A stretch of 56,729 nt of DNA, taken from positions 1-56,729 of the IMG/VR virus record IMGVR_UViG_3300021197_000610. One strand, 5' to 3'. Source of the stretch: a virus (lineage: Duplodnaviria; Caudoviricetes). The notes under the pieces are model-generated. The model had not been told where the DNA came from. It searched no databases and worked only from the letters and a program-made list of their open reading frames with translations. Positions 1 through 10,342 of this stretch are shown here, piece after piece. Position numbers and translations under genes: made by a program. How positions within the stretch are numbered: position 1 is the first letter of the stretch; every line of letters starts with the position of its first letter.

Positions 1-1281
1 GGTCTATTTTTAGGTGTAGCAAAAAACATAGAAAGATTTTCTAACTCTGCAGGTGGTGGTTTCTTAATCCCATTTGGTAGGTTTTTTAATACTGCAACTG
101 CAATGCTAGGTGACTACAGTGGGTTTAATGCACTTAAACACGTAACAACTTCTGTCGGTAAAATGAAAAACCCTTTTGATGATGAAGGTCAGTATCTTCT
201 TTCAAAAGGTATAGTTGGATGGGGTGCTCTTTTAATGCCTCGTCAAGAATTTGGACTAGGAAAATCAGAGTATGAAGCAGCTAAAGAAAGAGTTGAGTCT
301 GGTCAAACTTGGAACTATGAAGAATTGACTGATGGATCTCGTAGAGATTATACTTATGATGCTCCTCAAAACTACATGAGAATACTAGCCCAGGCTCTTG
401 CACATAGACAAATAGATGGTAGGGTTCCTACAGATTTAAAAGAAGAGATGGCAGAAATACTTGTTGGTCAAACTTTTAGACAAACTGGTGAAGTCTACGA
501 TACTTTTAAAGATTATTTTTCTTTTGTTATTGACGGAAATATAGAAGATAATTTTATGGCAAGTGTAGAACTCCTTAGTGGAGGATTTTCTAGAATAGTT
601 TCTGGGGGTACAAGGTTTATGGACCCCTTAAATACAATGGCTGCTTTTGCTACTCAAGATTTTACTCAACCAGATCGTAGACAGGGAAATGAGGTCTACA
701 ATAACTCTATAAGATATATAGATAAGATACCTGAGATGATTGGGGTATCTATTAACAATAATCCAGAACGTAATATATCTACAAGACAACAAAGTAATTT
801 TGATTTCGGTAGGATGTCAGGTGCAAGAGGAGACAGAGGACCATCACCTGCAGAACGTCTTGCAGGATCTGTAGGTAAATCTGCTTGGAAAGCAATACGT
901 TTTGATGGAGAGCCTGAGTTAAAAAATAGATTGGATGACTTTGTTCAGGAGGTATTTAATTTAGAAGCATCTATATTAATAGAGGATGGATTCTTACAGT
1001 TACCTTTACATAAAAGAGAAGAAAAGTATGCAAAACTAGTAAGACGAGTAAAGGATAGGGCAAAATCTATTTTAAGTTCTAGCTCAAAGAGTAGTGATAA
1101 ACTAATGTCTTTGGAGATGGAAGTATTAAAAGCACCTAAACGTACACTACGAGATGCTTTGGATGCAGCAGGTTATGATGGTGAGGTAACTGACTTAAAA
1201 AGTATGGAGGATGGTGAAGCAAAGCTGCAATACTTACTTTACCTAATTAAATATGCAGACGACATAATGTATGCAGATTAA
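1..1281 (+). CDS. C-terminal part of a large internal virion protein (5'-truncated)
   Basis: Frame 1 is open from base 1 to the stop at 1281. It is the last gene before the convergent terminator, and probably the same gene as the partial ORF starting at 55803. Confidence 0.6.
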   Translation, partial: GLFLGVAKNIERFSNSAGGGFLIPFGRFFNTATAMLGDYSGFNALKHVTTSVGKMKNPFDDEGQYLLSKGIVGWGALLMPRQEFGLGKSEYEAAKERVESGQTWNYEELTDGSRRDYTYDAPQNYMRILAQALAHRQIDGRVPTDLKEEMAEILVGQTFRQTGEVYDTFKDYFSFVIDGNIEDNFMASVELLSGGFSRIVSGGTRFMDPLNTMAAFATQDFTQPDRRQGNEVYNNSIRYIDKIPEMIGVSINNNPERNISTRQQSNFDFGRMSGARGDRGPSPAERLAGSVGKSAWKAIRFDGEPELKNRLDDFVQEVFNLEASILIEDGFLQLPLHKREEKYAKLVRRVKDRAKSILSSSSKSSDKLMSLEMEVLKAPKRTLRDALDAAGYDGEVTDLKSMEDGEAKLQYLLYLIKYADDIMYAD

Positions 1282-1283
1282 GT

Positions 1284-1313
1284 AAAAGGGGGCGTTAAGC
1301 CCCCTCTTTTTTT
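1284..1313. terminator. Bidirectional rho-independent terminator between the two genome arms
   Basis: AAAAGGGGGC-GTTAA-GCCCCCTC-TTTTTTT lies where plus- and minus-strand genes converge. Confidence 0.85.
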
Positions 1314-1597
1314 GATTCATGCTCTATCAAAGCATTAAGATACCAACTGGCTTTCTTCAAATCTTCTACACCATTCTTATAACGCCATCGGTGTAGATAC
1401 TTTGCAACGTTACCTCTAAAGTAACCTGTAAGCTCTTCGTCATCTAAAAAGTCTTTGATATAGTCGATACATTCAATCAACCCTTTACCGTAGTGCTCAG
1501 GTCTTTTTACTGGATCATAATCATTACCCATAGTCAATGTTGTAGGGCTATCTGAATTTATAGTTAATGTAGCTAAAGCATCATCAATGTCTATCAT
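1295..1597 (-). CDS. DUF3310 (T7 gp1.7/SaV-like nucleotide kinase) protein
   Basis: Signature DPVKRPEHY...IECID...GNVAKYLHRWRYKNGVEDLKKASWYL. Confidence 0.85.
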   Translation of the reverse strand: MIDIDDALATLTINSDSPTTLTMGNDYDPVKRPEHYGKGLIECIDYIKDFLDDEELTGYFRGNVAKYLHRWRYKNGVEDLKKASWYLNALIEHESKKEGA

Positions 1598-2040
1598 AAA
1601 GTTATTAACTCCGCATCTGTATAGGGAATATGAAAGAAAGTTTCTCCACGCCAGATATTTCTACCCTTTGCTTCTTTAATAGTGCTGTCGGTCATTAAGG
1701 TATCTTTAATACGCCAAGCCTTAGTTAGGTCTTTGTTAAAGACATAAAAGTTAAGGACTCCGTTTTGATCTTTATATTTCTCAACTAGCCTACGTTTACG
1801 AGCAGGTATACGAATTTCATGCCAGTGTGTCGGCCAATCCCCATCCCAAGCTACCTTAACTTCAGCTTCATTGAAGTATGTAAAGGTATCTTTCTTAGAT
1901 ACAACATCTACATTATAGTCTTCCTTGTCACTTACGATTGAGTGACCTTTAGCTTGTAGGTAAACTGCAAGCTTTTCTTTTGCCTTTTGATCGTAAGCCT
2001 CATATAAAGATTTACTAAAGGGTCTGTTAGTTCTTTTCAT
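1594..2040 (-). CDS. Hypothetical phage protein, possible PD-(D/E)xK nuclease fold
   Basis: D...EAEVK motif; ATGA coupling with neighbouring genes. Confidence 0.5.
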   Translation of the reverse strand: MKRTNRPFSKSLYEAYDQKAKEKLAVYLQAKGHSIVSDKEDYNVDVVSKKDTFTYFNEAEVKVAWDGDWPTHWHEIRIPARKRRLVEKYKDQNGVLNFYVFNKDLTKAWRIKDTLMTDSTIKEAKGRNIWRGETFFHIPYTDAELITL

Positions 2041-2192
2041 TTACCTTGTCCCCTGTAAGGTTTGGTGGATCTACGTTTGTGTTTGTTCATAGATCCAAGT
2101 TTCATTGTCGATACTCTCTTTGATTGAGAGGTCTTCTTCTTTAAAGGCTGATGTGAGTTAGCTGCTGCACCCACAATCTGAATTTTAGCCAT
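2037..2192 (-). CDS. Small basic phage protein (51 aa) ending in MNKHKRRSTKPYRGQGK
   Basis: Translated by hand (not in the ORF track). It has an AAGGAG RBS and a C-terminal YRGQG motif of a widespread small phage protein family. Confidence 0.7.
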   Translation of the reverse strand: MAKIQIVGAAANSHQPLKKKTSQSKRVSTMKLGSMNKHKRRSTKPYRGQGK

Positions 2193-2203
2193 GCTCCTTT
2201 CTC

Positions 2204-4102
2204 CTATACTAAATCAACCATTTCACAAACATCACCAGTACAAGCTAAAGTCTGAGTACCTGCAGTGTTATCCTCTTTCTCATACTCTGAAAGCTTTGCC
2301 CAGTCAATACTTTTTGGCATTACTCTAGATAATTTTTTATAGTCGTCTTTTGTGCACCACTGGTACGGAGCTTGCTGATAAGTATGTTCGTTATAAGGTA
2401 AGAAGCTTACCCCAGACATCTCATCAAAGTGCTCGTAAACAAATGCACCTACTTCAAACCATTCATCCTTTCTTACATTAATTGTTACACTTGGCTTATG
2501 CTCACACCAATGTCTTTGATACATCAACCATGTATTTAGTTGTTGAATAGCTGAGACATTGTCAGTGACTATTGCTCCTTGAGGAGCTTTAACTGGAAAT
2601 GAAAACACAGTTGTTTGATCTGGCTTCATGAAATCAGCTTCACTTGGAATACCCTGATCTTTCATAAACTGTGTTAGTGGATCTTTGTTATCACCTCTTA
2701 CAGTTCTTATGTAATGTGGTGAATGCCTTGGGTGTATACCTGATGCAGAGTCCACAAGTTGTGAGACTGTACCGCTAGGTTTCACGCAGGTAATTGCTGT
2801 TGAGTGTGGAATGCCAAGGCGGTCAGCCCAATCAGCGTTAGTATGAACAGCAGTTTCTCGTAAATGTTCAAGGGTCTTCTCCAATCCTTTGTTTTTAATT
2901 GTTAGTAGTTGATTGTCCATTATCCCTGTGAGAGACACACCGAGCAATCGTTCTTCTTCTGTATTTCGCTGCCACACCTTTCGCAGATATGGGAACTGGG
3001 TGTACGTGCTTTGTATCGTCCCAAGTATTGTGGCACATCTGATCTTTCTTTCCAAGTCTTCAATCGTGTCAGTGGCACGTACCACAACTTCTGTAAGATT
3101 GCAGAACTGGTATGGGCGTAAGATAATCTCACTACAAGGATTAGTTCCGAACTCAAAGTCAGGATCACGTCTACCATTCTTTGCAGCTTGTTTTTTAGAT
3201 GCTTCCCTGTTAAATACACCACGTTCTCCACTTCCTGATTCTACCAGTGCCATCCATTCTCTCATGAATGATACACTGTCTGGTTTCTCTGTATAAGAAA
3301 CAGAGTTGTTTGCTAAAGCTCTTTGTGGATTGTTGTCCCACCAGTTACCTGATTTAGCATGACGCATTCTGTCATCTGACAAGTTAGATAAACTTATCAT
3401 TGCAGATCTACGAACACCACCTACTACTACAACCTCACCAATCTTACACATCAGATCGTGACACTCAATTGATGATAGCCTACGTCCTTGTGCCTCCTTA
3501 AATATGCTCACTGAAAAGTTGAATAAGTCAACCAGTGGTGCAGGGCCAGATGCTCTACCGCCAAAGGTTTTAAGTCTTGCACCTGCAGGACGAACTTTAG
3601 AGACATCCCACTTAGGAATCTCACCTGCCCACAAGAGAGCTAACACTTGTCTGAACGCCTTAGCCCACCCTTCCTTGCTGTCCTTTACCACAATGGTAGT
3701 ATCACTATCGAACAGTTCAGGCACTTCGGGAAGCTTGCTAATGAACTGCCTCTCGACACTGAAGCCGACACCAGTACCACAGAGCAAGATAAACATAGCC
3801 TCATCGAAGGACTTAGGGTCGTCTACGGGTAAATAACTACAGTTATACCCTGCAGTATTATCTCTTTCTAAAGCTGGACCTGCAGTCATCATGGCTCGCA
3901 TAGAAGGCATAACTTCTAAGCTAAGTATAGCTTCTCTTATCTCATTGTATACCTTATGATCAATGTCATAGCCTACAACGTTACCCATGTAACGGTCTAC
4001 TGTCTCTGACCAAGACTCTCGTCTTCCCTCTTTTTCAAGCCAACGAGCATACCGTGAGGTATGTATAAAGGCTTGATAGTCAGTTGGTAAATAGTTATTC
4101 AT
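2204..4102 (-). CDS. nrdJ: Class II adenosylcobalamin-dependent ribonucleotide reductase
   Basis: YNCS, GTGVGFSVE, VGGVRRSAMI, TNPCSEI, TCVKPSGTVS and C-terminal CTGDVC motifs; no beta-subunit gene present. Confidence 0.92.
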   Translation of the reverse strand: MNNYLPTDYQAFIHTSRYARWLEKEGRRESWSETVDRYMGNVVGYDIDHKVYNEIREAILSLEVMPSMRAMMTAGPALERDNTAGYNCSYLPVDDPKSFDEAMFILLCGTGVGFSVERQFISKLPEVPELFDSDTTIVVKDSKEGWAKAFRQVLALLWAGEIPKWDVSKVRPAGARLKTFGGRASGPAPLVDLFNFSVSIFKEAQGRRLSSIECHDLMCKIGEVVVVGGVRRSAMISLSNLSDDRMRHAKSGNWWDNNPQRALANNSVSYTEKPDSVSFMREWMALVESGSGERGVFNREASKKQAAKNGRRDPDFEFGTNPCSEIILRPYQFCNLTEVVVRATDTIEDLERKIRCATILGTIQSTYTQFPYLRKVWQRNTEEERLLGVSLTGIMDNQLLTIKNKGLEKTLEHLRETAVHTNADWADRLGIPHSTAITCVKPSGTVSQLVDSASGIHPRHSPHYIRTVRGDNKDPLTQFMKDQGIPSEADFMKPDQTTVFSFPVKAPQGAIVTDNVSAIQQLNTWLMYQRHWCEHKPSVTINVRKDEWFEVGAFVYEHFDEMSGVSFLPYNEHTYQQAPYQWCTKDDYKKLSRVMPKSIDWAKLSEYEKEDNTAGTQTLACTGDVCEMVDLV

Positions 4103-4455
4103 CTTTTATCCCCCGATCCAGATATTACACCACGTTTTTGTCTGTCTTGTAGCTTAGTGAGATTGGCACGAGCTACATCATTCATATTAATATTTAGATC
4201 CCTACATAACGCAGCAATGTACCACAAACAATCACCAACCTCATCGGCTATAGCTTTACGATCAAAGTCACCATCACGTAAGATCTTTTTTACTTTGTTT
4301 GCAACTTCACCTGCTTCTGCAGCTAGGCCAAGTGCAGGATAGATAACAGCATGTTTACCACTGTAAATAGCAGTCTCTGCAGCACTCTTTTGATAGTCAT
4401 CCATATCCATTGAATTATAAAATTTAAAAGCTTCTATATCAGTTTCGTTTATCAT
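4099..4455 (-). CDS. mazG: MazG-like nucleotide pyrophosphohydrolase
   Basis: LGLAAEAGEVANKVKK...DEVGDCLWY...N..KL..R motif. Confidence 0.88.
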   Translation of the reverse strand: MINETDIEAFKFYNSMDMDDYQKSAAETAIYSGKHAVIYPALGLAAEAGEVANKVKKILRDGDFDRKAIADEVGDCLWYIAALCRDLNINMNDVARANLTKLQDRQKRGVISGSGDKR

Positions 4456-4612
4456 ATTTAACTTCACACTCCTCTACAACTATGTCATCTATATCATACA
4501 GACTTGCTTGTACCAACTCTGCAATTACGTCAGAGTTATCTCCAAACGTTTCTAAAAAATTTGCATCGTGATCTACTCTTATTACTATTGTAAGTTCGTA
4601 CTTTGTATACAT
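4439..4612 (-). CDS. Small acidic hypothetical protein (57 aa)
   Basis: Translated by hand (MYTKYELTIVIRVD...YDKRN); fills the gap in the operon. Confidence 0.6.
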   Translation of the reverse strand: MYTKYELTIVIRVDHDANFLETFGDNSDVIAELVQASLYDIDDIVVEECEVKYDKRN

Positions 4613-4623
4613 GCGAAAGACCT

Positions 4624-4872
4624 CTAGTTATACTTACCATCACTAGGCATGTCAACAACAATTGGTTCAATACTTTTTCTAAAATGCTTTTTCCATTCGT
4701 AAGCATCATCAAAATCTTCAAACCAAAAATTGTCATCACCTAACTCACCATCTACTTCTGTCTTACAGACCATAAAATATCTAGAACCTTCGGGGGCATA
4801 CTCAAGGTCGTCATCCTGAACCTCGTCAATACTTATTGGACCTTCTACTACGCCCCATATTTTTACTTCCAT
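4624..4872 (-). CDS. Acidic hypothetical protein
   Basis: ORF track; co-oriented and packed in the operon. Confidence 0.65.
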   Translation of the reverse strand: MEVKIWGVVEGPISIDEVQDDDLEYAPEGSRYFMVCKTEVDGELGDDNFWFEDFDDAYEWKKHFRKSIEPIVVDMPSDGKYN

Positions 4873-5204
4873 GTTTTTATTAACTCCATATAATGATCAA
4901 GACTAATCATAGTTATCCATTCTTTTCTGTCTGCTCTAAAGAATACAACTGGCTCTCCTTTGCCATGCTTACGAGCTTGTTCAATGTAATCGTAGGCGGT
5001 CTTCATTCCAGACTTTCTGCGTTTAACTTCTACAGTAATAGGAATCTTTTTTCTAGCTGCAGGAGATAGTTGAATATCTTCACCTGTATCTCCCATAGTT
5101 GTAGACTTAATGTCATCTTCTTCAAACTGTGGGAATGTTTCCAACAACCTGTCTCTAATTTCATTTTGCCCTGTTCGACCCTTGGCTTTAGCTGCCCGTG
5201 TCAT
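4863..5204 (-). CDS. Holliday junction resolvase-like PD-(D/E)xK endonuclease
   Basis: AKAKGR..Q, GEDIQL, VEVKRR and PVVFFRADR motifs. Confidence 0.75.
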   Translation of the reverse strand: MTRAAKAKGRTGQNEIRDRLLETFPQFEEDDIKSTTMGDTGEDIQLSPAARKKIPITVEVKRRKSGMKTAYDYIEQARKHGKGEPVVFFRADRKEWITMISLDHYMELIKTWK

Positions 5205-6051
5205 TGAACACCTCTTCAACCTTTGGTGGTTTTTCTACATGCACTAAGTATTCGATACCATAAGAGTATTGAAACATACGTACTTTAGGCCAACAAATTC
5301 TTTTGTACTCACAAAAGTGACAGGTTTTGTCTAACTTAGTATTAGGACTACTCTTACCTGCAGGTACTGGTTGAATACGATCTTTTGGTATAGCACCTGC
5401 AACTAAATCTTTAGCAGCAAGCATCTCTTCTTTTTTAGTCTCAAGGTCTTTTGTAAAATCATGGACATCTAAACATATCTCACCACTAACCTTATCTACT
5501 GCAAGAAATGCACCATGTGTTTTATCTGTTACAAGTGGATCATCTTTACCTGCATAGACATAAGAACTCAGCTGACTGATGTAACCAAAAGCATCGTTAT
5601 CTCTAAGACTACCATCCTTAAATTTCTTAAAGGCATAAGGACTGCAAGACTTAACATCTACAGTCATACCATCAATAACTGCATCACGATGACCTCGGAT
5701 GCCGTGAACATTTAATCTGTCTTGAGACCCTTTCATACTGTGACCAGAGGCTACAACCATAGCCAGTACAAGCTCTTCAATCATATCTCCATAAAAGAAA
5801 CGTAGTAGTAAATTAGCACTGAGTCGTTCTCCAAACTCAGGTTTGTTTACCTTGTACCATAGCTTACGTTTACATGGCGTACCAATAGACGAAAGAGATA
5901 AATACCCACGAGGCTCTTGGGGTTTACTAAATCTTGAGTTGGCAGACAAGGATACACTCTTACCTAACTGAGCACCTATTGTGCTGTTCCAACCACCTAG
6001 CCCATATATTACAGACTCAATGTCTTCTACTAATGTATCAATCTTTTTCAT
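5188..6051 (-). CDS. Cas4-like PD-(D/E)xK exonuclease
   Basis: SSIGTPCKRKLWY, GHRDAVIDG..VDVKS, QLSSY and C-terminal CxxCxxxxxC. Confidence 0.8.
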   Translation of the reverse strand: MKKIDTLVEDIESVIYGLGGWNSTIGAQLGKSVSLSANSRFSKPQEPRGYLSLSSIGTPCKRKLWYKVNKPEFGERLSANLLLRFFYGDMIEELVLAMVVASGHSMKGSQDRLNVHGIRGHRDAVIDGMTVDVKSCSPYAFKKFKDGSLRDNDAFGYISQLSSYVYAGKDDPLVTDKTHGAFLAVDKVSGEICLDVHDFTKDLETKKEEMLAAKDLVAGAIPKDRIQPVPAGKSSPNTKLDKTCHFCEYKRICWPKVRMFQYSYGIEYLVHVEKPPKVEEVFNDTGS

Positions 6052-6061
6052 ATTTTATCCT

Positions 6062-6086
6062 TAAAAGGTAGCCCCCCGAAGGGGGC
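6062..6086 (-). terminator. Rho-independent terminator after the SSB gene
   Basis: Minus strand reads GCCCCC-TTCG-GGGGGC-TACCTTTT. Confidence 0.7.
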
Positions 6087-6108
6087 CACTAGTTGTTTTT
6101 GGAGGAGG

Positions 6109-6609
6109 TTAAAACAACACTTCGCCTTCTTGTTTGACTGCAGTGGGTGGCGAAGCAGTTTCCCCTGCAGTATCTCTAACGTACTCAACATGATCAAGTA
6201 CGGTAACTTTATCAAGCCTTGTACCAACAATGTTTGGTCGGCTTGTATCGTAGACAGATAGCTCTACCTCTACAGTAGACCCATTGCCAATGGAACCATC
6301 AGTATTGAAATCCCAATCAGAACCATCAGACTTTTTAACAACAGGTGCACCACTATCCCAATCCCTTCCTGTATCAAACTTACGGATAAACTTTACTTTA
6401 GTTCCACGTCCTTCTGGATCTTCCGATCCTTTCTTCATAGATCGTGAAGCTTTAAGTGAAGTTAAGTTGTCATCATCCATAATGACATCAATAGTGCAAG
6501 CACCGTTGTGATCTTTATACACACCATCGAAACCTTCCATGTCACGATTTTGTGTAAATACTTTTGCCCATTCAGCAATGCCAGTTAATTTAACTTTACG
6601 TGTAGCCAT
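6109..6609 (-). CDS. Single-stranded DNA-binding protein (T7 gp2.5-like)
   Basis: IGNGSTVEV..Y...GTRLDKVTVL OB-fold motif, C-terminal Phe, position next to the DNA polymerase. Confidence 0.7.
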   Translation of the reverse strand: MATRKVKLTGIAEWAKVFTQNRDMEGFDGVYKDHNGACTIDVIMDDDNLTSLKASRSMKKGSEDPEGRGTKVKFIRKFDTGRDWDSGAPVVKKSDGSDWDFNTDGSIGNGSTVEVELSVYDTSRPNIVGTRLDKVTVLDHVEYVRDTAGETASPPTAVKQEGEVLF

Positions 6610-6623
6610 TTGGCCCTCCTTTG

Positions 6624-8471
6624 TTAATGCACGTCACTGTAACGTTGACCATATTGTATGTCAATACCCAAGTCAACACTTAATTTTAACTCTTCGTTAA
6701 GTTTTTCTACCGCCCAGTTTAGGGCATCTGTATGTTCGTTTTGTTCACCAATCTTAACTAGGTTTATTGATTCATCATGGAATTGACCAATAATGTTAGG
6801 TCTCCTAGTTCTATAGTAAGCAACCCATTTGTCAAAACAATAAACACCAGTAGATTGATTTAGTGTCGAAAATACATCTTTCTTGTAACGAAGTGAATGC
6901 CAGAATTTACTGACAGGATTTTGTACCCACATTTCACCGTTAATCTGTCTTACGTTCTGGTCCTTAGCAAATGCTTTGACTGACCAGTTACGTTCCCAAT
7001 ATGCATCTAGTATTGATTGAGCATGTGGGACAGACATACCAGTAGTACGAGACAACTTAGCTGCACCTACACCATAGGTTGCGGAGTAATTAACAACCTT
7101 GTAGTTTTTTCGGATCTTTTTAAGATCAGGTCGTAATCCTTTATTGTATTCATCTATACCAACCTGAGTAATTTCACCTGCATGTTTAGCTAAGTCTAAG
7201 TGTGGGTCAAAACCCTTTTGAGACATTTCATCTACATAATCTGGATCATATGTAAACATATAGTGTCTCTTAGTCGTATCTTCAAGGGATACCATATCAG
7301 CACCGCAAAGAACATAACCCTCTGGAGCAACCAGACAACTACGTATTTCTTTACCCCACGGCCTGTCTACCCCAGGTAGATTGACTAATGGTTTTCTGTG
7401 TTTAAAACGCAGAGTATTAGTAAATCCGTCAATCTCAGCCCTAACATAGCCATCCCTTTCTGTTTCTAAAAAACCATTGAATATACCTAATCTATGTTGC
7501 AGCATAGAAAAGTCAATTAAATTTTTTACTGCAGGATTATTTTCTGCAAGTCTTTTGACTGACTTTGTTAGACCATCGTCATCACGGACTTTTGGTATTT
7601 TACGTTCTGATCCATCATCCTCCTTTTTAAAAGTAAATGTACATGGTTCCCAACCAAGGGAAAATAACCACTCTTTAATCTGTGGGACAGACTTTGGATT
7701 AGGAGTTTCCCAACCTTTAATTACTTCTATTTCCCCATCATAATGAGCAGGTAACTTTTGCTCTGCTAACAAATCAAACCAACGTTGGCCATGAGCTGAA
7801 GCAGTACCATCTTTTTTAAAACAAACTTTTGGTTTTGTTTTCTTGCTTGTAACTTTGCGTTGAGGCATAACAGCAACTAGTTGTGTCTCCTCTTCAGACA
7901 GCAAGTTGGTAAGATCCTCTTGACACTTTTCTGCTAACTTCCTGTCTAGTTTCCAACCGACTGTTTCGGCTGTATATGCACACTCCATTTTGAATTGAAG
8001 GTATCTGAAAAACTTGTCGAGGTTTACCTTGTCTTTGTATATGAACATAAATCTTTTTAGAAGATTTTGCCACAAGCACCAATTTATCTTTACATCTTCC
8101 GTACATCGGTGAGCATACTCCTCTCTTGATAGGTTAGTCCAATCATTAATCTGTGGTTTAGGTATGCCAAAGTCTTCTCCAAAAGACTCTAGTCCGTGCT
8201 TCTTACCACGATCATGGTTAATAACCCAAGACATTGGTAATGTATCAAATAAACGTGACTCTACATTAATTCCAAGTATCTTTTTTATTAGTGGTACATC
8301 ATACCTAATAATGTTATGACCAATCAAACCAGATTGACTCAGTAACAGATCACGCATGTCAGAGTAATTAAACAAAGTTTTATAATCTTTGCCATCACTG
8401 GTATAAGACAGACAATGTATTTTTGTTGCTGTGTCTAACAAACCGTCAGCTTCTACATCAAATACGATCAT
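6624..8471 (-). CDS. DNA polymerase family A with 3'-5' exonuclease
   Basis: FDVEADG, GHNIIRYD, motif A GADMVSLE, motif B RKNYKVVNYSATYG, motif C QFHDE; no DnaJ-like insertion seen. Confidence 0.93.
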   Translation of the reverse strand: MIVFDVEADGLLDTATKIHCLSYTSDGKDYKTLFNYSDMRDLLLSQSGLIGHNIIRYDVPLIKKILGINVESRLFDTLPMSWVINHDRGKKHGLESFGEDFGIPKPQINDWTNLSREEYAHRCTEDVKINWCLWQNLLKRFMFIYKDKVNLDKFFRYLQFKMECAYTAETVGWKLDRKLAEKCQEDLTNLLSEEETQLVAVMPQRKVTSKKTKPKVCFKKDGTASAHGQRWFDLLAEQKLPAHYDGEIEVIKGWETPNPKSVPQIKEWLFSLGWEPCTFTFKKEDDGSERKIPKVRDDDGLTKSVKRLAENNPAVKNLIDFSMLQHRLGIFNGFLETERDGYVRAEIDGFTNTLRFKHRKPLVNLPGVDRPWGKEIRSCLVAPEGYVLCGADMVSLEDTTKRHYMFTYDPDYVDEMSQKGFDPHLDLAKHAGEITQVGIDEYNKGLRPDLKKIRKNYKVVNYSATYGVGAAKLSRTTGMSVPHAQSILDAYWERNWSVKAFAKDQNVRQINGEMWVQNPVSKFWHSLRYKKDVFSTLNQSTGVYCFDKWVAYYRTRRPNIIGQFHDESINLVKIGEQNEHTDALNWAVEKLNEELKLSVDLGIDIQYGQRYSDVH

Positions 8472-10081
8472 GCTGCCATATCACTCCTTTCATATGGAAT
8501 CTCTTCAGATAAGATGGTAGTCTCTGGATCGTAGTAGACTGAACCTGCTCTACCTAGTTTAGCAAAGGGTCTGTTTTTATCCACTATAAACTCAGTTGTA
8601 TTCTGAATTATCTCATCCTCTGATTCTACATCTCTTTCGATCTTTATACAGATGATTGCCTCTTCTTCAAGAGAAGCAGCATACTTTGTACGTCCATCAT
8701 CGTTAACCTGTGATATAAATACCACACCTATGTTTAGCTCCTTAGCAAGTTGAGCCATACGTGCTCCAAGTGTAGTCAAGGTACTGGTAGCCCCATCAAC
8801 TCCAGTGTTAGAGAGGTAAGCCAATCTTTGGACATGGTCTACAAAAATATAGTGAGCACCAAAAGAAGTTACAGCCATTCGGGTATAGTCAAGTAGTCTT
8901 AATGGGTCATCGTGAGATTTCATCTCAAATATAATGGTTCTATGATCGTCAGTGTCAGCAATCCTGTTTGCTGCTTCTTCTACTTGTTCTAAAGTGTACC
9001 CATTGTTAGCAGCATCTTCTGCTGTACGTACATTGACACCTAACTCATAGGTAGCCATAGCCCTTATAGTAGTAGCCTCAACTTCTTCCATGTGAAGTAG
9101 TGCTATCTTTACGCCCTCGTTTTGAAGCAGTCCAGTTTCAAAGTATCTAATCACCTCAGTCTTACCAGTTCCACGAGGTGCTTTGATAAACGTCAAGCCA
9201 CCTTTGACAAGTCCACGGATCTTTTCATCAAGTCCTGAGTGACCAATCGGAGTGTACTCGTAGGGATTTTGAGTACGTAGGGCTTTTCCAAACTCTTCAC
9301 GAGAACAAAAGAAGTTCTCAGGGCTGTACCGTTGAGGTTTCTTAGCTGCCCACATCAAGTCTTTACCATCACCGGCCTGTAAGAAGTCATTGGCATCTTT
9401 GTGCTTAGACATCGGTACATACCAGAACTTATCTGGAAAGGCTTGGTATAACTTATCTGCTGCTCTACGTCCTGCATCATCTAATTCACCTGCATAAATA
9501 ATCTCTTTAAAAGACGACAGATAGAGGTGGTTGTGGTGGATAAACTTCTCACCAATACTAGCAGATGGTAGAGACTTCACCGGAAATGTCTTACCAAGTA
9601 TTTGGTATAGTGATGCAGCATCGAACTCACCTTCAGTAAGATAGATGCGTTGGCTTGTCCCTGCATTGAACTCAGGACCAAACAGATGGTTCATACCCAT
9701 GCCACGATCTTTTGTCCAAGTCTTAGACTTGTCATTCACTAGTCGATACTTTACCGTGTGTGGGTATTTGTAGGCATAACGTACAGGAGTATCTTTCTCA
9801 CCTAGCTGAATGGCAATGCCATAAAACTCAGCTACGTCAGCATCTAAGCCTCGTATGCCTTCGTGTGTCTGAGACACAATTGGTATATCCATAGGGTTTC
9901 TCCTCTCCTTCAATGGATATTCGGCTCTTACCCAATCAAATATCTCTGGCATATTTTTTGTTGGGTAAGCTCTCGAACAGGAGTGACAGTGACCGAAGCC
10001 ATCGTCATTCCAATTAAATGCATCACTTGATCCACAGTCTACATACGGACATGCCAGATGTGGGTTGTCATTACTCGCCAT
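8468..10081 (-). CDS. T7-like DNA primase/helicase
   Basis: N-terminal Zn finger (CPYVDC...CHSC), TOPRIM TEGEFDA, Walker A APRGTGKT, VDH, ISQVN, KNR. Confidence 0.93.
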   Translation of the reverse strand: MASNDNPHLACPYVDCGSSDAFNWNDDGFGHCHSCSRAYPTKNMPEIFDWVRAEYPLKERRNPMDIPIVSQTHEGIRGLDADVAEFYGIAIQLGEKDTPVRYAYKYPHTVKYRLVNDKSKTWTKDRGMGMNHLFGPEFNAGTSQRIYLTEGEFDAASLYQILGKTFPVKSLPSASIGEKFIHHNHLYLSSFKEIIYAGELDDAGRRAADKLYQAFPDKFWYVPMSKHKDANDFLQAGDGKDLMWAAKKPQRYSPENFFCSREEFGKALRTQNPYEYTPIGHSGLDEKIRGLVKGGLTFIKAPRGTGKTEVIRYFETGLLQNEGVKIALLHMEEVEATTIRAMATYELGVNVRTAEDAANNGYTLEQVEEAANRIADTDDHRTIIFEMKSHDDPLRLLDYTRMAVTSFGAHYIFVDHVQRLAYLSNTGVDGATSTLTTLGARMAQLAKELNIGVVFISQVNDDGRTKYAASLEEEAIICIKIERDVESEDEIIQNTTEFIVDKNRPFAKLGRAGSVYYDPETTILSEEIPYERSDMAA

Positions 10082-10192
10082 TATTAGCCTCCTCTCGTTC
10101 CTTGGCTCTTTCACGTTCTTCTTTAGTCATAGGGCGTATCTCTTTTGATATTCCCTTTCTACGATCAATGTGCCATTCTTGTGGCTCTTGCT

Positions 10193-10342
10193 TTACCATA
10201 GTGGATTCATCATGTCAAATCTTTCATACCAAGATGCCCCCTCTAATGCTAGCCACATTAGCACTGGTATACCAAGTAAGAAGAAGATACAAGTAATAAA
10301 TGCCCAACCTAATCCTTTAGTAGTACAATAATTTTCACTCAT
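10193..10342 (-). CDS. Small membrane protein (49 aa)
   Basis: Translated by hand; one hydrophobic segment; ATGA overlap with the thyX stop. Confidence 0.55.
   Translation of the reverse strand: MSENYCTTKGLGWAFITCIFFLLGIPVLMWLALEGASWYERFDMMNPLW

Noticed and set aside
5188-6051. Cas4-like nuclease as part of a CRISPR system
   Set aside because: No array or other cas genes are present; solo Cas4-like exonucleases are routine in phage replication modules.
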